This document shows, piece after piece, positions 197,570 to 214,467 of a stretch of DNA of 248,000 bases. The stretch comes from Hyalangium minutum. GTDB taxonomy: Bacteria; Myxococcota; Myxococcia; Myxococcales; Myxococcaceae. The notes below the pieces were generated by a model. That model ran no database searches. It saw only the letters and a list, made by a program, of their open reading frames with translations, and had not been told where the DNA came from. The stretch lies in assembly GCF_000737315.1 (NCBI RefSeq), contig NZ_JMCB01000004.1, forward strand, positions 20,001 through 268,000, given 5' to 3'. Position numbers and translations under genes: made by a program. Position 1 is the stretch's first letter. Each line of letters begins with the position of its first letter.

Positions 197570-199009
197570 ATGGCCCGACTGATGGTCTCTTCTTCCTTCT
197601 CACGCAGCCTGATCCCGCTCCTGGTGGTGCTCGCCACGGCCGCGAGCGCGGATCCGGGCGTGGATGCCTGGCTCAAGGCCCGTGCCCAGGAGCAGTCCGC
197701 CTGGCTCTCCTCCTCGGGGGAGCGGGGCAATGCCTCCAGTGGCCCGCTGGGCCTGTGGCGTGAGCGCGCGGCCTCGGATCCCGGTATCCAGAACTTCGTC
197801 CCGCCTACCTCGCTGGCGCCGCTGATCCGCGCGGTGGAGGCCGGGGTCGTCAACATCACCACCGTGAATGCCCGGGATCGACAAGGGGTCGCCAAGCGAT
197901 CGACGGGCTCGGGCTTCGTGCTCACGCCGGATGGGCTGGTGGTGACGAACAACCACGTGGTGTCCCAGGCGGAGCAGATCGTCGTGCGCGTGGCGGACGG
198001 CCGCGAGTTCCCCGCCAAGGTGGTGGGGCGCGATGCGTCCACGGACGTGGCGCTGCTGAGCCTGGAGACCGCGGCCCGCGAGGATCTGCCCGCGGTGTAC
198101 CTGGGCGACTCGGACAAGCTCGAGGTGGGCGACTGGGTGGTGGCGATCGGCAACCCGTTCGGGCTGGATCACTCGGTGTCGCACGGGATGATCTCCGCCA
198201 AGGAGCGCGTGCTGGGGGTGGGCGTCTTCGATGACTTCATCCAGACGGACGCGCTGATCAACCCGGGCAACTCGGGTGGCCCGCTCTTCAACATGCGCGG
198301 CGAGGTGGTGGGCGTAAACACCGCCATCATGAGCCAGGGCCAGGGCATCGGCTTCGCGGTGCCCATCAACATGGTGAAGGACCTGCTGCCCAACTTGCGC
198401 GAGAACGGCCGGCTCGAGCGCGGATGGCTCGGGGTGGACATCGACGACGCGCGTGCCACGAGCGATGGGCGCTCGCTGGTGGTGAAGGCCGTGTACCGCA
198501 GGAGCCCGGCCGCCAACGCGGGCATCCTCCCGGGCGATCGCGTGGTGGCCGTCAACGGCCGGTCTATCGGCTCGTACCTGCAGTTGCTGCGCAAGGTGGC
198601 GCTGCTGGCGCCCGGCACCGAGGCGAAGCTGACGCTGATGCGCGGCACCGAGTCGAAGGAAGTCACGGTGAAGCTGGCCGCCCGCCCGGCTCCAGAGACA
198701 CTTCAGGCCATGGCCAGCCCCGGCAACATGGAGGATCTGGGCCTGGTGCTGAGGGATCTCTCGCCGGATGTGGCGCCTCAGATGGGCTACGAGCCCTACG
198801 TGGGGGTCCTCGTCACGGGCGTGGTTCCGCGCAGCCCGGCCGCGCAGGCGGGCTTGACCCCGGGAGACTTGCTCACCGAGGTGAATCGCCGCCGCGTGAA
198901 GGACGTGGCCGCCGTGCGTGCCACCCTGGAGAAGGGTGGGGCGGGCGCCAACGTCCTGCTGCGCGTGCAGCGCGGAGACATTCAGCAATACGTGGCGATC
199001 TCGCCGTGA
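197570..199009 (+). CDS. HtrA/DegP protease with two PDZ domains
   Basis: TNNHV, DVAL, INPGNSGGPL. Confidence 0.93.
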   Translation: MARLMVSSSFSRSLIPLLVVLATAASADPGVDAWLKARAQEQSAWLSSSGERGNASSGPLGLWRERAASDPGIQNFVPPTSLAPLIRAVEAGVVNITTVNARDRQGVAKRSTGSGFVLTPDGLVVTNNHVVSQAEQIVVRVADGREFPAKVVGRDASTDVALLSLETAAREDLPAVYLGDSDKLEVGDWVVAIGNPFGLDHSVSHGMISAKERVLGVGVFDDFIQTDALINPGNSGGPLFNMRGEVVGVNTAIMSQGQGIGFAVPINMVKDLLPNLRENGRLERGWLGVDIDDARATSDGRSLVVKAVYRRSPAANAGILPGDRVVAVNGRSIGSYLQLLRKVALLAPGTEAKLTLMRGTESKEVTVKLAARPAPETLQAMASPGNMEDLGLVLRDLSPDVAPQMGYEPYVGVLVTGVVPRSPAAQAGLTPGDLLTEVNRRRVKDVAAVRATLEKGGAGANVLLRVQRGDIQQYVAISP

Positions 199010-199109
199010 GCCTGGGGGTTGGCTGCTCCCCTGTTGTTCACTGCGTCAAAGCGCCCTGTGAGGGAGTAAGGTCGCGCTCCTCACCGTCTGACCGAGGATC
199101 CTCGGAGTC

Positions 199110-201773
199110 ATGCGCAAAAGCATCATCGGCGCAGCAGTCTTGCTAGGAGTGGGGCTCGCGCTCTTCTTCGTGTTGCGCGCGCCCGACCCGGAGAATGCCC
199201 CGGACGTGGAGGAAGGGTCGGAACGGGTCGAGGCTCGGACGGAGCGGCCGGGCACCGCGCTTCAGCCGGAGGCTCCCGAGGATCTGGGGGCCCGCGGCTC
199301 CGCGGATCCGGGCAGCACGCCGGGGCTGTCGCAGCCCCCCTCGGAAGCGGACGGGGTGCTGGAGGTGGAGGTGGTCGCGGGCGAGCGGCCGGTGCCCGGC
199401 GCCACCGTGCGGTTGTACTGGCGGGGGCCTCGCGACCCGAACCTCAATGAGGTGTCGTGGCGGCTGGCGAGCACGGGCGTCACGGATGCGCAGGGGCGGG
199501 CGCGGCTGGCTTCCCGGCCCGGCGGCTATCAAGTCGCGGTGCGTGCACAGGGCTATGGGCCGGTGCTGCGCGACGTGGTGCGCCCCTATGGAGAGGCGCG
199601 CACGCTCATGAGGCTCTCGCTGGAGCCGGGACAGACGCTCACGGGCCACACGGTGGAGGCCGACACGCCAGATCCGTTACCGCTGGTGGAACTCGTCCTC
199701 ACGGCGCATGGGCGCAAGCTGGAACGGTGGCAGGACGCGGCGGCCCCCGCGGAGGAGCGGGCGTACGCCTCGAGCAACGCGCGCGGAGACTTTCGTGTAG
199801 AGGGACTCGCGCCTGGGAACTACACGCTGGAGGCCCGGGCGGTGGGGTATGCCCGGACGGAGCTGCGGCCCGTGAAGGTTCCCTCCGTGGGGCCGCTCAC
199901 GGTCGAGCTGCGAAAGGCCGGAGTCATCGAAGGGTTCGTGGTGGACGCACAGGGGCACCCGGCTGCGGGAGCGGAGGTGCAGGTGGGCGGACGCGTGCCC
200001 GAAGTCGCCACCACGGGCGAGGGCGGAGGCTTCTCGGTGGAGGTCGAGCCCGGGGACCATACCGTATCCGCGCGCCGGGGCTCCGAGGCCGGCTCCCTGC
200101 CCAACTCGATCATCATCGGCGCCGGAAAGACGGTGCGTGATTTGCGCATCCAACTGGGGCAGAGCGCCGTCCTGGAAGGGCGCGTGGTGGCGAACACTGC
200201 GGGCACACCGATCGAAGGCGCGCGGGTGGACGTGAGCCCCTACCGCAAGAGCGGCGACTCGGGCCGAGCGGTGACGGATGGCTCGGGGCGCTTCTCCGTG
200301 GGAGGCCTGGCGCCGGGCAGCTACGACGTGGTGGCGAGCGCTCCTGGGTTCTCCACCGTCTCGCGAAGCGGGCTGACGGTGGCCTCGGGCGAGCGCTTCT
200401 CCCTGGAGCTCAAGCTCACGGGCACCGGCGCGGTGGAAGGCTCCGTGCGGGACAGGGCGGGCCAGCCCGTGCCGGGCGCGCGGGTGTTGGGAGGCAGCCG
200501 CTGGGGCGGACTGCTGGGCGAGGCTCCGGCCGAGAGCCGCACGGACGCGGAGGGTCACTACCGTCTCGAGGGGGTGGCCGCTGGGGAACTCTTCTTGAGC
200601 GCTCGCTGGGAGGGAGCGCCGATGGGCTCCGTTCAGCAGGCGGAGGTGAAGGAGGGGAGCACCACGAAGGTGGACCTCACCCTGGACGCGACAGGGACGG
200701 TGGAGGGCGTGGTTCGCGCGGCGCAGGGAGCTCTGCCCCCCGAGCCCCTGAGCGTGAACGCGGTCAAGGCCACCCTGTCGCGCTCTGAAATGGATGTCAC
200801 CCAGGCCGAGACCGATGCGACGGGCCACTTCCGCCTGGTGCTCCCGCCCGGCCCCTATGAGGTGTGGTTGGTCTCTGGCAAACGCCTTCCACACTTGCTC
200901 CCGAAGCGGGTGCAGGTGGAGGCGGGGAAGACGGTGCAGACGGAGCTGACCTGGACGCCTCCAGAGGAGAAGCCCACCGAGGGCGGCATCCGGGGCATCG
201001 TTCTGGAGCCGGATGGGACGCCCTCCGTGAGCGCCTTCGTGACGCTCTCCGTCGAGGGTCCACGGTCTCGATACCGGATGGAGTCGACGGATGCAGCGGG
201101 GCGTTTCTCCTTCTCCTTCGACTCGGGGGACCCGGTGACGTCCTCGGCGCGGGTGCGCTTGAAGGCGCGCAACGGTGGGCGCACGGGCGAAGTCCCAGGT
201201 GTAAAGCCCGGAGAGCAGTCCGTGGTGGTGCGGCTCCAGCCCCCAGGCGCGTTGCGAGGCCAGGTCGTGCGTGCCAGCGGCGGGGCTCCTGTCCAGGGCT
201301 TCACCCTGACCCTCGAGAAAGATGGACCTGGTTCCTTCCTGGGAAACCGCGGCCCCTGGGAGTTTCCCGGCAACCGCTTCGAGCTCGGCGACGTGCCCGC
201401 TGAGGAGGTGAAGGTGCGAGTGAGGACGGAAGATGGCGCGACGGGCGAGGCGCTGACGTCCACGCGCCCGGGGGCGGTGTCCGAGGTGGAGGTGGCCTTG
201501 AAGTCCGCAGCCGGTGTCAGGGGCCGGGTGATGGATGGGAACACGAAGGAGCCGCTGGCCGATGCCTGGATCTTCGTCGAGGGCTCTGGGGCCGGGAGCT
201601 CTGACAGCCGGACGGGCGCCGATGGCCGCTTCAGCCTGGAGCGGCTGATGCCCGGGGCGTACACGCTCATGGTCATGGCGGGGCAGGGCCGGACGCCCGC
201701 GCGCCAGCCCGTGAAGTTGGAGGAGGGGCAGGTGCTCGATGTAGGCGACATTTCCATCACCCGCTCGCCCTGA
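199110..201773 (+). CDS. CarboxypepD_reg repeat protein (tandem paralog 1)
   Basis: Repeated prealbumin-like units; same N-terminal block as next gene. Confidence 0.8.
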   Translation: MRKSIIGAAVLLGVGLALFFVLRAPDPENAPDVEEGSERVEARTERPGTALQPEAPEDLGARGSADPGSTPGLSQPPSEADGVLEVEVVAGERPVPGATVRLYWRGPRDPNLNEVSWRLASTGVTDAQGRARLASRPGGYQVAVRAQGYGPVLRDVVRPYGEARTLMRLSLEPGQTLTGHTVEADTPDPLPLVELVLTAHGRKLERWQDAAAPAEERAYASSNARGDFRVEGLAPGNYTLEARAVGYARTELRPVKVPSVGPLTVELRKAGVIEGFVVDAQGHPAAGAEVQVGGRVPEVATTGEGGGFSVEVEPGDHTVSARRGSEAGSLPNSIIIGAGKTVRDLRIQLGQSAVLEGRVVANTAGTPIEGARVDVSPYRKSGDSGRAVTDGSGRFSVGGLAPGSYDVVASAPGFSTVSRSGLTVASGERFSLELKLTGTGAVEGSVRDRAGQPVPGARVLGGSRWGGLLGEAPAESRTDAEGHYRLEGVAAGELFLSARWEGAPMGSVQQAEVKEGSTTKVDLTLDATGTVEGVVRAAQGALPPEPLSVNAVKATLSRSEMDVTQAETDATGHFRLVLPPGPYEVWLVSGKRLPHLLPKRVQVEAGKTVQTELTWTPPEEKPTEGGIRGIVLEPDGTPSVSAFVTLSVEGPRSRYRMESTDAAGRFSFSFDSGDPVTSSARVRLKARNGGRTGEVPGVKPGEQSVVVRLQPPGALRGQVVRASGGAPVQGFTLTLEKDGPGSFLGNRGPWEFPGNRFELGDVPAEEVKVRVRTEDGATGEALTSTRPGAVSEVEVALKSAAGVRGRVMDGNTKEPLADAWIFVEGSGAGSSDSRTGADGRFSLERLMPGAYTLMVMAGQGRTPARQPVKLEEGQVLDVGDISITRSP

Positions 201774-201788
201774 GTTCAGGAACCCGGT

Positions 201789-204449
201789 ATGCGCAAGCTC
201801 GTCATCACGGTGGGGATTCTGGTGGGGTTGGGGCTCGTGGTCCTTTGGTTCTGGAGCCCGGGAGGCCCAGTCCCCTCCACGGACACGGAGGGGGAAGGGC
201901 GGAGTCAGCGCCGGCAGGCCATGGCCCGGCCCGGCTCCGCGCAGCTGGAGAGTCCCGAGGACATGGGGGCTCGGGGCAGCGCGGACGCGGGCAGTACGCC
202001 CTCGCTGGCGCAGCCTCCCTCGGAGGCGGACGGGGTGCTGGAGGTGGAGGTGGTTGCAGGCTCGAAGCCAGTGCCAGGCGCCAGCGTGCGGCTGTACTGG
202101 CGGGGGCCTCGGGATCCGAGCCTGGATGAGGTGGCCTGGCGGCTGGCGAGCGCCGGCCTCACGGATGAGCAGGGGTGGGCACGGCTGGCGTCGAGGCCGG
202201 GAGGCTACCTGCTGGCAGTGCGCGCGCAGGGCTACGGCCCGGTGATGCGAGACGTGGTGCGGCCCTATGGCGAGGCGCGCACGCGGATGCGGATCTCGTT
202301 GGAGCCCGGCCAGACGCTCACGGGGCGCACGGTGGAGGCGGGCACGAAGGATCCGCTACCGCTGGTAGAGCTCTCGCTGACCGCCTACGGCCGGGGAGAG
202401 CAGGAGGCCTGGCAGAGCGCCGAAGCGCCAGCGGAGGAGCGCATCTACGCCGCGAGTGACGCGCGTGGGAACTTCCGCGTGGAGGGGCTTGCCCCTGGGA
202501 GCTACCAGCTGGAAGCCAAGGCGGTGGGGCATGTCCGAGCCGTGCAGAAGCGCGTGAAGGTGCCCGCTTCGGGGCCGATCACGGTGGAGCTCCAGTCTGC
202601 CGGAGTCATCGAGGGCTTCGTGGTGGACGCACAGGGGCGCCCGGCCGCGGGAGCCGAGGTGCACGTGGGCGGGCGCGTACCCGAGGTGGTCACCACCGGC
202701 GAGGGCGGCGGCTTCTCGGTGGAGACCGAGCCGGGGGCTCACATCGTGTCGGCGCGGAGGGGCAGTGAGGCGGGCTCGCTGCCCACCCCGGTCATCGTCA
202801 GCGCGGGCAAGACGGTGCGCGAGCTGCGGATCCAGCTGGGCCAGAGCGCGGCGCTGGAGGGCCACGTGGTGGCAAAGACGTCGGGCGCACCCATCGAAGG
202901 CGCGCGGGTGGACGTGAGCCCCTACGGCAACAGCGGGGACTCGGGCCGAGCGGTCACGGATGCGTCGGGCTTCTTCTCCGTGGGACAGCTGGCTCCGGGC
203001 AGCTATGACTTGGTGGTGTCCGCGCAGGGCTATGCGGAGGTCAACCGGCGCGCGCTGACGGTGTCTGCGGGCGAGCGCTTCTCCATCGAGCTCCAGCTTG
203101 CGGGGACCGGCGCGGTGGAGGGCTTCGTTCGGGACAGCTCGGGCCAGCCGGTAGCGGGTGCTCAGGTGGTGAGCAGCAACCGCTGGGGAGGCACGTGGGG
203201 CAGCACGCCGATAGAGGCCCGGGCCGACGCCCAGGGGCATTACCTTCTTGAAGGCCTGCCCGCGGGGCCGTTGAGCCTCACGGCGCGCAGGGAGAGCGCG
203301 ACCATTGGTGTCCGGCACATCGTGGAAATCACCGAGGACTCGACGGCGAAGCTGGACTTCACGCTGGAGGAGCCGGGCACCGTGGAGGGCAAGGTCATCC
203401 CGGCCCAGGGCTCCCTGCCTTCCGATCCCCTGGTCGTGCTGGCCTATCCCCGGGAGAGCACCGCCCAGGTCCCCTCGGACTTCCGGCCGATCGAGCTGGA
203501 GCCCTCGGGGACCTTCCGGATGACGCTGCAGCCGGGGGCCTACGACTTGCGCGTGGCGCTCTCGGAGCGCTGGCCCTTTGGCCCCAGCGAGTCGAAGTGG
203601 GTGAACGTGAAGGGGGGAGCAACTGTCCCGGTGGAGATTGTCTGGCAACCCGATGCGCGCGAGCAGGACGGCCTCGTGGGCACGGTCGTCGAGCCGGATG
203701 GCACGCCCTCGCCGCTGGCCTTCGTCACAGTGACTCCTGAGGAGGGGTGGCGAGGGCCGCGGAAGAACGTCCCCACGGATGAGCAGGGGCGCTTCTCGTT
203801 CACCCTCACGGAGGAGGAGGCCGCCTACGAGGGCCGGCTGAAGCTCGTGGCCCGGAACGGGGGCCGGCTGGGCGAGCTGCGAGGGGTCAAACCGGGAGAG
203901 CGGAGCCTCGTCGTGAAGCTCCAGCCCGCCGTGGGGATTCGGGGCAGGGTGGTGCGCGCCAACGGGGGTGAGCCGGTGAAGGGCTTCACCCTCTCCATGG
204001 AGTCGCTGGACCTGCGCAGCTTGCTCATGGACCAGTCCACGCTGGAGTTCCCGGGAGACCGCTTCGAGCTCCGGGAGGCCCCGTCCGAGCCCGTACGGCT
204101 GACGGCCCGGACGGAGAGCGGCCTGGGAGGATCTGTTGTGGTGACCCCGAGGGCTGGAACTCCCTCCGAGGTGGAGATCCCCCTGAAGGGCACGGCCACG
204201 CTTCGGGGCAAGGTGCTGGATACGGCGACCCAGCGGCCGCTGCCCGGGGCGCTCTACTTCGTCCTGGAGGATCGGCCCATGAATCCGGAGAACGCCACGG
204301 GCCCGGATGGGAGCTTCAAGATGGAGGGCGTCGGCGTGGGAGACCGCGTCCTCGTCATCCTGAGCGGCGACGAGTACAAGCGCGTGCCCGTGAAGCTGGA
204401 GGAGGGCCAGGAGAAGGACGTGGGAGACATCCTCCTCGGCGACTACTGA
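201789..204449 (+). CDS. CarboxypepD_reg repeat protein (tandem paralog 2)
   Basis: QPPSEADGVLEVEVVAG...LYWRGPRDP shared with paralog 1. Confidence 0.8.
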   Translation: MRKLVITVGILVGLGLVVLWFWSPGGPVPSTDTEGEGRSQRRQAMARPGSAQLESPEDMGARGSADAGSTPSLAQPPSEADGVLEVEVVAGSKPVPGASVRLYWRGPRDPSLDEVAWRLASAGLTDEQGWARLASRPGGYLLAVRAQGYGPVMRDVVRPYGEARTRMRISLEPGQTLTGRTVEAGTKDPLPLVELSLTAYGRGEQEAWQSAEAPAEERIYAASDARGNFRVEGLAPGSYQLEAKAVGHVRAVQKRVKVPASGPITVELQSAGVIEGFVVDAQGRPAAGAEVHVGGRVPEVVTTGEGGGFSVETEPGAHIVSARRGSEAGSLPTPVIVSAGKTVRELRIQLGQSAALEGHVVAKTSGAPIEGARVDVSPYGNSGDSGRAVTDASGFFSVGQLAPGSYDLVVSAQGYAEVNRRALTVSAGERFSIELQLAGTGAVEGFVRDSSGQPVAGAQVVSSNRWGGTWGSTPIEARADAQGHYLLEGLPAGPLSLTARRESATIGVRHIVEITEDSTAKLDFTLEEPGTVEGKVIPAQGSLPSDPLVVLAYPRESTAQVPSDFRPIELEPSGTFRMTLQPGAYDLRVALSERWPFGPSESKWVNVKGGATVPVEIVWQPDAREQDGLVGTVVEPDGTPSPLAFVTVTPEEGWRGPRKNVPTDEQGRFSFTLTEEEAAYEGRLKLVARNGGRLGELRGVKPGERSLVVKLQPAVGIRGRVVRANGGEPVKGFTLSMESLDLRSLLMDQSTLEFPGDRFELREAPSEPVRLTARTESGLGGSVVVTPRAGTPSEVEIPLKGTATLRGKVLDTATQRPLPGALYFVLEDRPMNPENATGPDGSFKMEGVGVGDRVLVILSGDEYKRVPVKLEEGQEKDVGDILLGDY

Positions 204450-204458
204450 GGCCCGCGC

Positions 204459-205136
204459 CTACCGCTTCTTGGTGTTGGCGTCCTTGCCGTCCAGCCAGAG
204501 CCCGAGGTGATCGCCGGTGCGGCCCTCCGTCACCAGGACGGCCTCCAGGCGCGCGGCCACCCCGAAGATCTTCCCGCCGCCCGGCTTGGGCAGGCTCCAG
204601 ATGTCCAGCGGCGTGAACACCACCGACAACCGCACGGCCTTCGAGGAGAACGCCCGCGCGAACATGCCCCCGTTCCAGCCCTCGGGAGTGGTGCCCGTCA
204701 CCTTCAGCAGCGGGAGGACGGGGTTGCCCGCCGCATCCGTCTTCTTCGGCGTGCCGTGCGTCAGCGCGTACTTCCCGCCCGCGAAGAACGGCAGGATGTC
204801 GATGGCGTAGTCGCCCGTGGAGGGCTGGTACCCGGCCGGGGACACCATCGTCGCCACGTCCTCGGTGATGATCATGTACATCTTCTTGCCCTTGTAGGCC
204901 TTGCGGAACTCGTCCGCCTTGGTGCGGCAGTCCGGGCTGGCGAACATGTCCCCGCACTCGCCGATGTAGCGGTTGAGGAAGGCGCTCAGGCCTCCCAGCG
205001 GCTCCGCGGCGTCTCTCAGCCGGGCAAAGCGTTGATCCACGTCCGCCAACGCGAGCGCGGGCAGCAGCAGGGCGACGAGAGCGGCAAAGCAGCGGTTCAC
205101 GGGGCAGGGCTCCCTGGAAAGAGGTGGGCCGCGCAT
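204459..205136 (-). CDS. Exported hypothetical protein (DUF6066-like)
   Basis: Signal peptide, one Cys pair. Confidence 0.65.
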   Translation of the reverse strand: MRGPPLSREPCPVNRCFAALVALLLPALALADVDQRFARLRDAAEPLGGLSAFLNRYIGECGDMFASPDCRTKADEFRKAYKGKKMYMIITEDVATMVSPAGYQPSTGDYAIDILPFFAGGKYALTHGTPKKTDAAGNPVLPLLKVTGTTPEGWNGGMFARAFSSKAVRLSVVFTPLDIWSLPKPGGGKIFGVAARLEAVLVTEGRTGDHLGLWLDGKDANTKKR

Positions 205137-205265
205137 CGTGCCACTCTGGATCGCTTCCGCCAGCCCCCCTTCACATTGGTACGTCCAGGTAGCATGTGGT
205201 GGATATTTTGACTACATGAGCCCACCATGTAGTTTTCGGGCCTCTCTTCTTGGAGGCACCACCGA

Positions 205266-205613
205266 GTGAACGAGCGCCGGGCACATCTTCGGTTCGACAA
205301 GGTCTTCACCGTGTACCTAACGACGCAGGACGGGATGACCCGGGGTATTGGGCGGAACATCAGCGCCCGGGGCCTGTTCGTGGAGACGCGCGAGCCGGTT
205401 CCGCTGGGCGAGAAGCTGAAGATCACCTTCGCGGGGGAGGACGGCACGGAGATGACGTGCCTGTGCGAGGTGCGCTACCAGGTGGCGCTGGCGTACGGGA
205501 AGCGGGACGGGCGCGAGGGCAACAGCCGGGGCGTGGGCCTGCGGATCGTGGCGTACGAGACCCAGGACGAGGCGCCGCTGCTGCTGGTGGACCGCGAGCG
205601 GGTGATGCACTGA
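205266..205613 (+). CDS. PilZ domain protein
   Basis: ERRAHLR (RxxxR), NISARG. Confidence 0.85.
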   Translation: MNERRAHLRFDKVFTVYLTTQDGMTRGIGRNISARGLFVETREPVPLGEKLKITFAGEDGTEMTCLCEVRYQVALAYGKRDGREGNSRGVGLRIVAYETQDEAPLLLVDRERVMH

Positions 205614-205623
205614 GAAACACGAA

Positions 205624-205657
205624 GGGCCCGGCCCCTCATGGTGAGGAGACCGGGCCC
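205624..205657. terminator. Hairpin between convergent genes
   Basis: GGGCCCGG...CCGGGCCC. Confidence 0.55.
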
Positions 205658-205687
205658 CGGGGGCTCACGCCGTGAGGCGTGGGCGGG

Positions 205688-207238
205688 TTACTGCGAGAAG
205701 CCCTCGAGCATGTAGTGGGCCTCGATGCGCTTGAGCGCGAGGATCATCGCGGCGCAGCGCGGGTCCACCGTCTTGCTGATGCAGTAGCCGCGGCTGTCGT
205801 GCATGTCCGTCTTGCGCGGCTGGTTGCGGGAGATGTCGCGGATGATGCGGTAGTTGCGCTTCATCGCCTTCTCCAGGCGCTGATCCACCTCCGACTCGCT
205901 CCAGCGCTCCATGCGCTTGTTCTGGATCCACTCGTAGTAGCTCACCGTCACGCCGCCGGCGTTGGCGATGATGTCGGGGATCAGGTCGATGCCGCGCTTC
206001 TGGAGGACGCGGTCGGCCTCGGGGGTGGTGGGGCCGTTGGCGCCCTCGGCGACGAGCTTGACCTTGAGGCGCTCGGCCACGTCGGCGGTGATCTCACCCC
206101 CGAGCGCGGCGGGGATGAGCATGTCGGCCTGGATCTCCCAGAGGTCCTTCTTCTCGATCTTCTGGGCGCCGGGGAAGCCCGCCACGCTCCGCTTGAGGTT
206201 CTTCGGGTCGCTGACGTAGGCCATGAGGGCGTGCACGTCGATGCCGTCGCCGTTGTAGATGGAGCCGTCGGCGTCATTGACGGCCAGCAGGCGGGCGCCC
206301 ATGTTGGCGAGGATGGCGGCGCCGTGGCTGCCCACGTTGCCGAAGCCCTGGAGGACGAACGTCTTGCCCTTCACGGACTCGCCGCGGTCGGCGTAGTAGT
206401 CCTCGATGCAGTAGGCGACGCCCTGGCCGGTGGCCTTCACGCGGCCCTCGGAGCCGCCGATGCGCACGTCCTTGCCGGTGACGATGCCGCGCAGGTTGTG
206501 GCGCTCGCGCTCACCGTCCGAGTACTCGCGGAGCATGAGGGCCATGATCTCCCCGTTGGTGCCCACATCCGGGGCGGGGATGTCGATGTTGGGGCCGATC
206601 ATGCTCTTGAGCTTGTACATGAAGCGCAGGGTGATGTTCTCCAGCTCCTCCCGGCCGTACTGGCGCGGGTCGATCTGGATGCCACCCTTGCCGCCGCCGA
206701 ACGGAACCTCGGAGATGGCCGTCTTCCAGGTCATCTCCGCGGCCAGGGCCTTGAAGAGGTCCAGGGAGACCTCGCGGTGGTAGCGGATGCCGCCCTTGTA
206801 GGGGCCGCGGGCCTGGTTGTGCTGGACGCGGTAGGCCTTGAAGCGCTGGGACTCACCGGGTACCAGCTGGTAGACGCCGCCATCCGGAAGGCGCAGGTGG
206901 CCGCGGCGGATGTTGACGTCCGAGCCCAGCAGGGCGCGTCCGTTGAGAATGATCTTCCCGTCGGCCAGGCGCTCAAGTCCGTCGGGGTTGCGGACCTGGG
207001 TGACGGACAGATCCGAGAAGGCCTTGGCCTCCTCGGGGGCCAGGGGGACCAAGCGGTCCTTCAGCTTGGTGGTGACGTAGAAGATGTGCTCGTAGTCGGG
207101 CTCTTCCAGCTCGAGGCGAACGCGCTTGTCCAGACCGATCAGATCGGCGGCGCGGTGGAAGATCTCCATTGCCTCCGTGTAGATGGTCCGCTTGGGAGAG
207201 GGCGCGGGGGCGCGCATGAAGTTCTCTTCGCTAGCCAT
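205688..207238 (-). CDS. gdhA: Glu/Leu/Phe/Val dehydrogenase with internal insertion
   Basis: RGPYKGGIRY, GGGKGG, PAPDVGT, GFGNVG, EGANGP. Confidence 0.88.
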   Translation of the reverse strand: MASEENFMRAPAPSPKRTIYTEAMEIFHRAADLIGLDKRVRLELEEPDYEHIFYVTTKLKDRLVPLAPEEAKAFSDLSVTQVRNPDGLERLADGKIILNGRALLGSDVNIRRGHLRLPDGGVYQLVPGESQRFKAYRVQHNQARGPYKGGIRYHREVSLDLFKALAAEMTWKTAISEVPFGGGKGGIQIDPRQYGREELENITLRFMYKLKSMIGPNIDIPAPDVGTNGEIMALMLREYSDGERERHNLRGIVTGKDVRIGGSEGRVKATGQGVAYCIEDYYADRGESVKGKTFVLQGFGNVGSHGAAILANMGARLLAVNDADGSIYNGDGIDVHALMAYVSDPKNLKRSVAGFPGAQKIEKKDLWEIQADMLIPAALGGEITADVAERLKVKLVAEGANGPTTPEADRVLQKRGIDLIPDIIANAGGVTVSYYEWIQNKRMERWSESEVDQRLEKAMKRNYRIIRDISRNQPRKTDMHDSRGYCISKTVDPRCAAMILALKRIEAHYMLEGFSQ

Positions 207239-207472
207239 GTGCTGCTCCTTGCGTGAGGCGAAGGGGGTTTAGCCGTGGCCCTTATGCTCATAGGGCGTCA
207301 GCGGAAGCAACCCGCGCCCCGTGCGCGAAAGTGCAAAAACTAATGGAATCTCAAGCACTTAGCCGACGCACTGTGTCACAGAAGACCTCACGACCGGTCG
207401 GTAGGGGAGCGGGCCCGAAACAAATGCATTGCCCTGCCAGAGGGTGCATGGTAATTCGCCGCGCCACGCCGC

Positions 207473-207548
<76 letters not shown>

Positions 207549-207565
207549 AGAAGATCAGGTGTTTG

Positions 207566-207600
207566 AGGGCCGGTTGCCGCAAGGCAGTCGGCCCTTTTTC
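207566..207600 (+). terminator. Terminator after tRNA-Thr
   Basis: AGGGCCGGTTGCC-GCAA-GGCAGTCGGCCCT then T tract. Confidence 0.8.
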
Positions 207601-207966
207601 TTGGGCGTAGAGGAGGCCTGGAACGAGGGCAGACCTACCAGCGGTCCGGGGGGTACGCGAAGGGCCTGCGAGAACTCCGCTGCCGGCATCGATAGCCCTC
207701 GCCGCAGACGTCAGGGTTCTCCGGATCGCAGGCAGGCAGACACCGCCAGTCAGCGCAGACCTTCTCCTCGGAGCTGGATGCCGTGAGTGGGCGTAGCGAT
207801 GGCACCTAGAGGGTTGGCTCGCGCGAGGAGCGCGGCCGGTAAGCGACTGGAGGCATCGACCCAGCTCTTGCCCAGGCATCGGATGCGACACGAAACAAAC
207901 CCTACTCATTGAATCGGAATCTCAAGGGGTGAGAAATCCAGTCTGGGTTTTGCGGGATATCTCGTA

Positions 207967-214463
<6,497 letters not shown>

Positions 214464-214467
<4 letters not shown>

